Shown here: piece by piece, positions 1 through 6,864 of the stretch
Layout of the letters: every line of letters starts with the position of its first letter
How positions within the stretch are numbered: position 1 is the stretch's first letter
IMG/VR virus record: IMGVR_UViG_3300032253_000227
Coordinates: 1 to 37,201 of that record
Strand: one strand, 5' to 3'
Origin: a virus
Lineage: Duplodnaviria; Caudoviricetes
DNA length: 37,201 nucleotides
Position numbers and translations under genes: made by a program
Notes under the pieces: generated by a model
The model's database searches: none
The model's input: only the letters and a program-made list of their open reading frames with translations
Told to the model about the DNA's origin: nothing

Positions 1-273
1 TTAGGCTACCGCCCGATCATCGCGTTGCTTTCGGGCTCGGTTGCGCAAGCTCCAGACATGTGTGCGAATATCATTTACCTCGATTACATAGGGCGCTGTT
101 TTTCGAGTTTGATCCACTTTGAAAAACGGAAGCTTCTTTTTTCTTGCCATGTCGCGCAAGATAGGGGCGCTGTAGGTTAGGCCAAAAGCGATCTCAAAGA
201 ATTCGGAAGCCTCATCCACATTCAGTAAAATATGACCTGGCATATCTATGGTTATTTGTTTTTTAGTCATCAT
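1..273 (-). CDS. Putative excisionase / MerR-like winged-HTH DNA-binding protein
   Basis: LLNVDEASEFF...ILRDMARKKKLPFFKV pattern typical of Xis/HTH_17; last gene of the early-left operon; ATG at 273 (or 270) overlaps the upstream stop, preferred over the TTG at 348. Confidence 0.6.
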   Translation of the reverse strand: MMTKKQITIDMPGHILLNVDEASEFFEIAFGLTYSAPILRDMARKKKLPFFKVDQTRKTAPYVIEVNDIRTHVWSLRNRARKQRDDRAVA

Positions 274-820
274 GGTGCCCCTCTTTTGGTAGTCTTCCGA
301 AAAACTGAGTAGGCCTCTTATTGGGCTTGTCGAATAAATACCAAGCACAGTTATCCTTACCGGAATTTTTGGTGTCTGGAATCCATTTCACACGCCCAAT
401 CGATTGAATTTTTCGACATCGGTTTTCTACTTTTGAGAAATAGAGGTTGTGCTTGAAATCAGCCGGCAACAGCAGCCACGTTGGTGCGACGTCAGATAGA
501 TGGATGATGAGCGATATAACAGGCTCACCTTTTTGCGAAGGCATAGGCCATGGCGGGTTCGTGATGAAGCAATCGGCCATCCTTTCGTTAATATCCAGCG
601 CGTTAAATTTCGAAATACCTGAGTGCTGTGGCTCAATATCACTCGAAAATCGGCACAAGAAACCTAGGCTTTCCAGATGATCAATAAGAGCACCATTTCC
701 TGCACACGGTTCGTCAAAGGAAGTCCCCCGCGTTAAATGCCGCGCCAGTGGCGGAACAGCTTTAAACGGTGTCGGATAGAAATCGCGTTCACGTCTTTCG
801 AAGTTGGACCGTTTACTCAT
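263..820 (-). CDS. Phage DNA adenine (N6/N4) methyltransferase
   Basis: DFYPTP, SAM-binding FDEPCAGNG and catalytic NPPW motifs. Confidence 0.85.
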   Translation of the reverse strand: MSKRSNFERRERDFYPTPFKAVPPLARHLTRGTSFDEPCAGNGALIDHLESLGFLCRFSSDIEPQHSGISKFNALDINERMADCFITNPPWPMPSQKGEPVISLIIHLSDVAPTWLLLPADFKHNLYFSKVENRCRKIQSIGRVKWIPDTKNSGKDNCAWYLFDKPNKRPTQFFGRLPKEGHHDD

Positions 821-2115
821 GCTGTCGCCCTCATTTTATCTACGATTTGAATTCGCTCGCCTATCCACCGCATTACCGGTACCGCCATTGAATTGCCGAG
901 AGCTTTGTAGCGAGGCCCGTCAGGGCATTGCTCGGCAGGTTTATTGCGCCACGGTATGCGTGTGAAGTTATCTGGAAATCCTTGAAGCCGTTCGCACTCG
1001 ACCGGTGTTAGACGCCGGACTTTCATCGCGGTCAATACATGAGATTTATCACCACCTCCTTGCGAAGCCCGCAATGCCGTTGATATTGGACCTGACATTT
1101 CTGCTGTTCCGCCACCATCGCGACCACGAATACTAACCGCCACAACATCAGGCCCGTGGTCAGTACAAGGCGACCCATCGTGCCGCGCAGACAATGTTCT
1201 TGCTGTCTCGCCGCCATCAATGTGGGTCACTGGTATCGCCATATTCCCGCAAGCTTGATCGACAGATATTCCACGATCTCCAGGAGTCAAAGAAACTAGC
1301 GCATTTTCTTGGCCAGAATTACGCCCGAGAGAATGAGCAATACTGCTCACAATAGGGTCTTGAGTTCCATGGACGACAAGATCAGTTGCATCTTTGAAAT
1401 CTCTAGCCTTTACCGTACTGGCCGTACCATCACACTCATACTCACCAAATGCCGTCATACGGGCTGCCACTAAATGTCCAGCTTGTGCCTGATTATCGTC
1501 TACACCACATGTTCCAATGCCTGTTGCAGTAAGGGCGGCAACGTTCGCTTTCTTTTCTCGGCTCGGCGCAGAATTCCCGCGCAAGCTTTCTTGCTCAAAT
1601 AAAACCGCAGCGGCAGGTCGCCAGTCTCCAAGGTATCCGACAACAAACACACGGCGGCGTCTTTGGGCCACTCCGAAATATTGAGCGTCAAGAATTCGGT
1701 AGGCGAACCCATACCCGATTTCCCCCAACCCTCCGAGGAAGGAACCAAAATCCCGTCCTTCGTTACTTGACAGGACGCCGGGGACGTTCTCCCAAACCAC
1801 CCAACGGGGGCCGAGGCGTCCAGCAAGTTTAAGGAATTCGAGGGCCAAGTTGCCACGGTCGTCTGAAAGTCCTTTTCTAAGTCCTGCGATTGAGAAGGAC
1901 TGGCACGGTGTTCCTCCGACAAGAAGGTCAATTGGTTCATAGTCGTTTTCTCCGATTGTCGTAAAATCACCGTGCAAAGACGTATCCGGATAATGATGTT
2001 GCAAAACGGCTCGTGGAAATTTATCGATTTCCGAAAAGAAAGACGCTTCCCAACCTAAATTATGCCATGCCGTCGTTGCAGCCTCGATGCCGCTGCAAAC
2101 AGATCCATACCTCAT
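817..2115 (-). CDS. DNA (cytosine-5) methyltransferase
   Basis: Motifs I (SVCSGIEA), IV (GGTPCQSFS), VI (ENV), VIII (QRRRRVF), IX (RRLTPVECERLQGFP), X (ALGNS). Confidence 0.95.
   Translation of the reverse strand: MRYGSVCSGIEAATTAWHNLGWEASFFSEIDKFPRAVLQHHYPDTSLHGDFTTIGENDYEPIDLLVGGTPCQSFSIAGLRKGLSDDRGNLALEFLKLAGRLGPRWVVWENVPGVLSSNEGRDFGSFLGGLGEIGYGFAYRILDAQYFGVAQRRRRVFVVGYLGDWRPAAAVLFEQESLRGNSAPSREKKANVAALTATGIGTCGVDDNQAQAGHLVAARMTAFGEYECDGTASTVKARDFKDATDLVVHGTQDPIVSSIAHSLGRNSGQENALVSLTPGDRGISVDQACGNMAIPVTHIDGGETARTLSARHDGSPCTDHGPDVVAVSIRGRDGGGTAEMSGPISTALRASQGGGDKSHVLTAMKVRRLTPVECERLQGFPDNFTRIPWRNKPAEQCPDGPRYKALGNSMAVPVMRWIGERIQIVDKMRATA
1500..1940 (-). CDS. Nested alternative-frame ORF inside the C5 methyltransferase gene (M.EcoHK31I beta-polypeptide-like)
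   Basis: 146 codons open in another frame; GGAGA Shine-Dalgarno 8 nt before ATG 1940; C-terminal LSDTLETGDLPLRFYLSKKACAGILRRAEKR motif. Confidence 0.65.
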   Translation of the reverse strand: MNQLTFLSEEHRASPSQSQDLEKDFQTTVATWPSNSLNLLDASAPVGWFGRTSPASCQVTKDGILVPSSEGWGKSGMGSPTEFLTLNISEWPKDAAVCLLSDTLETGDLPLRFYLSKKACAGILRRAEKRKRTLPPLLQQALEHVV

Positions 2116-2150
2116 GTAGCCATCTCGACTGATTTCACAGCTTCACTCAT
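2112..2150 (-). CDS. 12-aa linker mini-ORF MSEAVKSVEMAT
   Basis: Starts by TGATG overlap with the upstream stop and ends by ATGA overlap with the methyltransferase start. Confidence 0.4.
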   Translation of the reverse strand: MSEAVKSVEMAT

Positions 2151-2374
2151 CAGTCAAACCTCGCGGAGTTGGTGATTGTCGATTTTTTACCGCTCCAGCT
2201 CCAGCGTACTTTTGGAGCATCGAGGTTGATTTTCTGACTGCACATTGCGGCGTGGGTGTCGCAATAACTTTTGCCCCTGGGTGCCGGCTCATTGCAGTAA
2301 TGCTCACCGTGTAATAGTTCGTCGGTGGGTGGCAATTCGTTTCCCCATAGCGGGAATTGACATTTGTTGGCCAT
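2150..2374 (-). CDS. GcrA C-terminal-domain-like zinc-binding miniprotein
   Basis: CQFPLWG...HYCNEP...GKSYCDTH resembles the GcrA C-terminal CxWPxG...FCG...GxPYCxxH pattern; GAGG RBS upstream. Confidence 0.65.
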   Translation of the reverse strand: MANKCQFPLWGNELPPTDELLHGEHYCNEPAPRGKSYCDTHAAMCSQKINLDAPKVRWSWSGKKSTITNSARFD

Positions 2375-2386
2375 TTCATTGCCTCT

Positions 2387-2773
2387 CTATGAAAAATCGG
2401 TATCGTCGGCGATATTGCCCAGGGCTTTTACCAGTGCGGATATTCCGTCACGCGTTGGTTTGTCGGCAATGGACTGGAAGTTCTTTGCCAGTTCGATAGT
2501 GCTGCGGTTGGCGCCGCCATGTGCCATCGGCTCGATATCCGTATCGGTATCAAGATCGGTAAAGAAATATGCGACATCCACATTGAGTGCGGTGGCTATT
2601 TCATATAGACGGCCGGCGCTCACCCGATTTGATCCGGTTTCATATTTCTGCACTTGCTGATAGGATATCTCCAGCGTTGCGGAAAGTTGCTCCTGTGTCT
2701 GCCCGAGCATCGTGCGGCGTTCCCGCATACGCTCTCCAACATGGCTATCGACACGTTTTGAAGTTTTGCTCAC
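2387..2773 (-). CDS. XRE-family HTH transcriptional regulator
   Basis: HVGERMRERR...QTQEQLS...SYQQVQKYETGSNRVSAGRL; GTG start at 2773 with GGAGAG RBS and GTGA overlap with the upstream stop. Confidence 0.9.
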   Translation of the reverse strand: MSKTSKRVDSHVGERMRERRTMLGQTQEQLSATLEISYQQVQKYETGSNRVSAGRLYEIATALNVDVAYFFTDLDTDTDIEPMAHGGANRSTIELAKNFQSIADKPTRDGISALVKALGNIADDTDFS

Positions 2774-3303
2774 GTTGTCTCTCCGTTTTTTTTGGGTTTG
2801 AAGTTTTGCCAAAGGTGCTTGAACCCTAGGCGCATGACCCAGTTTTTGACCGGATACACCCGCCAGTCGACCATGTAGGTGGCCAGAGTGGGGTCAATCA
2901 CATAATCGCGGTCTTTGGTCTCCAGAACGGCTACAGCGTGTATAGGGCCGTTCTTTAGCTCGCAGATAGCAAGTCGTAATGATCCGGCGATCTCGGGTTG
3001 CATTTCGATTAATCGCTGGATGAGGTAAAGGGCTTTGTCTTCACAATCCCCGCCGCGATCCGGATACCAAACATCGGCCAGACCGGTGCGATCGATATCC
3101 CGCTGATATTCGTAGTGATTGATCGAGCGCGTCATTGAATTTATTTTCTTCTCCAATGCCAACGTCAAGGTTTTGGCATCGGTCCGCCTGACAGCCCCTC
3201 CCAGTTGCAAGAACTCGGGGAACTGGGCGACAAGGGCGGTCCACTGATCCGGTGCAATGATCCTGCCAAGCTCAAAGGCGTCTTCCATGAATTGCGTGGT
3301 CAT
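2770..3303 (-). CDS. Transglutaminase-like cysteine peptidase (BTLCP/C93, LapG-like)
   Basis: YQRD...G.ADVW...GDCEDKAL...HAVAVL...DYVID supplies the Cys-His-Asp triad. Confidence 0.85.
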   Translation of the reverse strand: MTTQFMEDAFELGRIIAPDQWTALVAQFPEFLQLGGAVRRTDAKTLTLALEKKINSMTRSINHYEYQRDIDRTGLADVWYPDRGGDCEDKALYLIQRLIEMQPEIAGSLRLAICELKNGPIHAVAVLETKDRDYVIDPTLATYMVDWRVYPVKNWVMRLGFKHLWQNFKPKKNGETT

Positions 3304-3641
3304 GCGTCACCGCCATGCAGGGAAATAATATTGCTGCGCTTGTTATTGATAAGTTCAAGCGCCAGATCGGCTTGCGAGCAAAAGATCGTTGCCAGAGTAA
3401 AAACTGCGCCGGCGCGCTCCTGAACAATGATTGCGTCCTCCAGGCTGTCACCGCCGTTAAAATTATGCGTTGCCACCGCATTGATCAGTAGCCCGAATTG
3501 GGTGGCCATACTGGCGGCCAACAATGACGGATCAAGGATTTCGCGTTCACTCATGGAAAGAATGGCTGATCCAAGGTTGTCATTGTAAATGCCTTCGCCG
3601 ATCGCGTGCAGGGTCAGGGCGGGATGTGTCTCGTCTCTCAT
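3300..3641 (-). CDS. Hypothetical phage protein
   Basis: ATGA overlaps on both sides; GGAGAG RBS. Confidence 0.7.
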   Translation of the reverse strand: MRDETHPALTLHAIGEGIYNDNLGSAILSMSEREILDPSLLAASMATQFGLLINAVATHNFNGGDSLEDAIIVQERAGAVFTLATIFCSQADLALELINNKRSNIISLHGGDA

Positions 3642-3940
3642 GTCTCTCTCCGTGTTTTAAATGTGCGTACAGTGCGAGTGATTGGCCGGGCTGTTCTGGC
3701 AAAATGATCATCGACGAGTTGGCCACCAATGCTGAATATGGCTAACAGGCATAAAGTCGATATTTGCGCGATGAACTTGGCAAGGGTCACTTTGTCGGTA
3801 ATGGGGTCGACGGTAACGATCTCGGCCCTGTAGATTTCCTGCAAACGCAAGGCGATCTTTTGGGCGAAGTCCTTGTTGCACCGTACGTTGCGAGTAGCCA
3901 GCACCCGGGTGCCGGTCTGCAGCTTGATTTGATAGAACAT
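3638..3940 (-). CDS. Hypothetical phage protein, possible single TM segment
   Basis: In operon, coupled to the next gene; hydrophobic FIAQISTLCLLAIFSIGG. Confidence 0.6.
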   Translation of the reverse strand: MFYQIKLQTGTRVLATRNVRCNKDFAQKIALRLQEIYRAEIVTVDPITDKVTLAKFIAQISTLCLLAIFSIGGQLVDDHFARTARPITRTVRTFKTRRET

Positions 3941-3944
3941 TGGA

Positions 3945-4292
3945 TCAGTGTTTGGCGGATCCGAGGAAAGTCAGATCGGGCGTATCCCTGCGGATCGGCG
4001 CGCCAATATTGTCCAGCAACAGATCCGCCTGATTACCCTCAATGCCGAGCGTCAATAGCTGGCCGCGCATCCAGCCGCGATCGATGACTACCAAATCATC
4101 TTCAGCGCGGAACAGACTGACCAGGGCGCGGGTTGCGGTCTGGCTAAGCATGCAGCCACCAGAGCCCAGCGGCGTCAATTGAATGGCGGTATTCCCGGCG
4201 GGCAAGTGGTCAAGATGTTTACCATGTTGCAGGATATGGCCGCGCAAGACTTGAATTTTGTTGCTCTGCATTTGGGTCTCCTTTTCATTCAT
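3945..4292 (-). CDS. Hypothetical protein, first gene of the early-left operon
   Basis: Follows candidate promoter; alternative ATG (MQSNK) has an AAGGAG RBS. Confidence 0.65.
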   Translation of the reverse strand: MNEKETQMQSNKIQVLRGHILQHGKHLDHLPAGNTAIQLTPLGSGGCMLSQTATRALVSLFRAEDDLVVIDRGWMRGQLLTLGIEGNQADLLLDNIGAPIRRDTPDLTFLGSAKH

Positions 4293-4310
4293 TGGGTAGT
4301 GAATGAGGGA

Positions 4311-4397
4311 ACCCTAATGGGATTTATATTCTAAAGTCAATAAAAAAATGGAACTATAAACTCCATAAAAATCGAAAATGGTGTATTATAAACTTCA
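4311..4397 (-). promoter_or_regulatory. Candidate leftward early promoter with putative repressor operators
   Basis: TTGACT (4340-4335) with TAGGGT 18 bp downstream; three TGRRRTTTATA-containing imperfect palindromes at 4318-4333, 4349-4365, 4379-4397. Confidence 0.45.
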
Positions 4398-4760
4398 CTC
4401 ATCCTTGTAAGTCGCTATTTTCTGGGTTTTTTCTGTAGGCGTGGCTGCCTGTTTGTCTGTTTGTGGAAATAAGGTGCGGCCTTGTTTGTGCAAAAGTATG
4501 AAAACTTCAAAACAACTCTTGGGCGCAGAAAATGCGACCTTGTAATATTTTGACATAGTGTGAACGTCCCCCGATTATGCCCGCAGCTGATCAGCTAGGG
4601 GTGTGATATTTTATCCGGCGGCATCGTTCTTGCCTGCTTCTCGACATGTGTCCAGCATGTACGGGAGCCCCGCTTATCATGCGCGAGAACAAAACAATAT
4701 GTAGTTATCGTTTTGCATGCAAATAGTATTTAAGTCTTAAGCCTTAATTTTTCGTTACTC

Positions 4761-5447
4761 TTAATCTTCACGCCGCCAATGTCCCGTAACGCGGGCATAA
4801 ATAGTGATGTCATCTGTCACTTTAATCGGTGGGTAGGGGGTGTCGTCCTTGGATTTTGCAAGTAACCATTGCTCTCCAGTTTGATCAATCAGAAGTTCCC
4901 TGCACATAATTTCAAACTCGCCTTGGCTGTTTTTGTTGGCGATTATGTATCGCCGGCCATTCTCTGGAAGCTCGGCCAGATCGAACAAAGTGACGCAAGC
5001 GATCAAATCACCTTTGTTATATCTCTCGCTCATGGAGCTGTCAGAGATGCGCATGGCAAAGCGATCTTGGGAAGGGAAGCGAGGGTCGCTTGGGAAAATT
5101 TCCTCTTGCCAGTTGTCCTCATGCCAGATAATCGCTTTTTGAAAGGATCCTGTCTTTACCTCCCCCTTGATCGGGAGTGGTGTAACCGTTCTTTTGGTGT
5201 TGTTGTGCGGGCTGGCCAGAAAGTCAGTGACCTCCAGCCCCATTGCGGTGGCGATTTTGCCAAGCGTCGCTACCGTTGGGCTCTGAATTTTTCCGCTTAT
5301 AATGTCTTTGACGACACTCTCGGAAAGGCCGGCTTTTCTGCAAATAGCTCGCTTGCTCATGCCGCTTTTCTGGGCGAGCATGCGCAGGTTGTCACGCACT
5401 GGGGATGGTTGGGTCATTGGGTCTTTTCCGTCAAATTTTAATTTCAT
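4761..5447 (-). CDS. CI/LexA-like phage repressor (XRE HTH + S24 peptidase-like domain)
   Basis: N-terminal HTH (SKRAICRKAGLSESVVKDIISGKIQSPT), C-terminal FAMRISDSSM; divergent from the replication operon. Confidence 0.88.
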   Translation of the reverse strand: MKLKFDGKDPMTQPSPVRDNLRMLAQKSGMSKRAICRKAGLSESVVKDIISGKIQSPTVATLGKIATAMGLEVTDFLASPHNNTKRTVTPLPIKGEVKTGSFQKAIIWHEDNWQEEIFPSDPRFPSQDRFAMRISDSSMSERYNKGDLIACVTLFDLAELPENGRRYIIANKNSQGEFEIMCRELLIDQTGEQWLLAKSKDDTPYPPIKVTDDITIYARVTGHWRRED

Positions 5448-5495
5448 CTATCTATTAAAACCTCAATCAATTTTGATCGAAGAGAAAATATTTAG

Positions 5496-5524
5496 TTGAC
5501 ACTGGAGTTTTTACACTCCATTTT
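5496..5524 (+). promoter_or_regulatory. Candidate rightward early promoter with operator palindrome
   Basis: TTGACA at 5496-5501, 17-bp spacer, CATTTT; TGGAGTTTTTACACTCCA (5503-5520) lies across the spacer. Confidence 0.55.
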
Positions 5525-5616
5525 TCTGTTCGTGACGTCGGGTTCCCAAGCGGTGATGTAGCGTAAGTTTAGTAAAATTTTAGTTAAGCCGTTCTCGACT
5601 GACCACCTCCCTGTTG

Positions 5617-5665
5617 CCTGCCGGTATTCTTTCTTCCCTCGAGAGGGTACCGGCAGGATCTTTTT
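5617..5665 (+). terminator. Terminator-like hairpin in the leader of the replication operon
   Basis: CCTGCCGGTA (5617-5626) / TACCGGCAGG (5648-5657) perfect stem, extendable by G:U pairs, followed by ATCTTTTT. Confidence 0.6.
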
Positions 5666-5677
5666 GAAGGTGAAGAG

Positions 5678-6148
5678 ATGGCCAATATTTCAGCGCAGCA
5701 AATGAATTATTTAAAAGGAGCCTTGCGCCAGGGCGTCAAGATGGAAACTGTAGCGGCCAAACTCGGCCTTTCAGTTTCGGCAACACGGAAATTAATCAAA
5801 CGCGAAACCTCTGAACCGTCGCCAAGGTCATGGACGCCCGCAAAAGATCGGCTGTTGAAAAAACTATATGTGTTGGAAAGTTGGGATGCACTGTTATCTA
5901 CGTTTGCAGGTCATTCCCAAGACGCTATTCGCAAGCGCGCAAATCTTCTTAACGTAAAACGTGATGCCTCTTTGGTTTCCGCGGCCATCGTGAAAGAGAG
6001 CAGGGCGGTTCAAAAAAACAGCAATTTTACGCTGAAGCCCTGCATGTCTTGCAATAACGATTTTTTGTCTGACCATAAATTTAACCGTATCTGTAAGGGC
6101 TGCAAACAAATTGGAAGTGGGGTTACTTCTTACAAGGTAGCTTTATGA
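5678..6148 (+). CDS. DNA-binding protein: HTH + GcrA-N/Myb-like repeat + C4 zinc finger (Cro position)
   Basis: METVAAKLGLSVSATRK; SWTPAKDRLLKKLY...SQDAIRKRANLL; CMSC...RICKGC. Confidence 0.7.
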   Translation: MANISAQQMNYLKGALRQGVKMETVAAKLGLSVSATRKLIKRETSEPSPRSWTPAKDRLLKKLYVLESWDALLSTFAGHSQDAIRKRANLLNVKRDASLVSAAIVKESRAVQKNSNFTLKPCMSCNNDFLSDHKFNRICKGCKQIGSGVTSYKVAL

Positions 6149-6864
6149 ACAACTGGTTAGATCGTCAGGCCGAGCTTTGTCATTTTCAATTTTTAGATGC
6201 TGGATTTGAGGCAGGACAAAGCTGGTTTGCCGATCTCGCACAGCGTTTGAACTGCTCCACTTATTACGCTCGGCAAGCATGGTTGCATCTAGGCCTTGGT
6301 CAATTATTTGCAAATACTGAGACAAAAACGGATCATTGGGTTACCGATCTTAATGGCCGTGAATTTCTATCCCTGCCCATTTGTACCAGGCAACTCTCGG
6401 ATACCTCGGTCAATGTGCTGGACCTTGTGGCTTTGGATTTGGTCAATCCTAAAAAAATCTATTATCGCACGGGCGTGCAACCAGTGTTAGGCCGGGCGGC
6501 ATTATCGCGGGCGCGGGCAATATCTGGGGATCTGATCCTGTACGAAACACCCCTCGATTTTTTAAAAGGGTGGGTGTCGTTTTGGGCAGATTACGATCAG
6601 ATAGTTGCTGAAAAGCCCGCTGGCCCCGAGACGCCTTCGACTGATGATCGCGGATTGTCATCTGATCAATTTCCGGGTGTCGTCCTGTTTGATTATGACC
6701 GGCCACTTTTGCCGATTTTCCGATCTGTTACCGACATCCAGATCGAAGGCGATGATTTTGCGCAGCGTTTCGCCAAAAAATTGCAGCGCGAGATCGAAGC
6801 CGAAATTTCAAAAATCAAGTATCCGCGCGTTCTTCTTAACAAAAAACAAGGGGTAGCTGCATGA
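6145..6864 (+). CDS. Hypothetical replication-region protein, possibly degenerate Toprim-like
   Basis: ATGA-coupled on both sides; LILYETPLDFL weakly recalls a Toprim acidic motif. Confidence 0.55.
   Translation: MNNWLDRQAELCHFQFLDAGFEAGQSWFADLAQRLNCSTYYARQAWLHLGLGQLFANTETKTDHWVTDLNGREFLSLPICTRQLSDTSVNVLDLVALDLVNPKKIYYRTGVQPVLGRAALSRARAISGDLILYETPLDFLKGWVSFWADYDQIVAEKPAGPETPSTDDRGLSSDQFPGVVLFDYDRPLLPIFRSVTDIQIEGDDFAQRFAKKLQREIEAEISKIKYPRVLLNKKQGVAA

Noticed and set aside
2143-2379. 78-aa ORF overlapping the GcrA-like ORF
   Set aside because: The alternative frame 2150-2374 has the RBS, the recognisable motif and the coupling overlap
4730-4747. Three TTAA repeats as a CtrA box
   Set aside because: Spacing is 3 bp, not the TTAA-N7-TTAA consensus
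4400-4760. Possible small gene or alphaproteobacterial SOS box (GAAC-N7-GAAC) downstream of the repressor
   Set aside because: Only very short ORFs; GAACAAAACAATATG lacks the second half-site
4869-5441. 190-aa antisense ORF over the repressor
   Set aside because: Shadow frame with no motif or RBS; the same applies to the many antisense ORFs over structural genes
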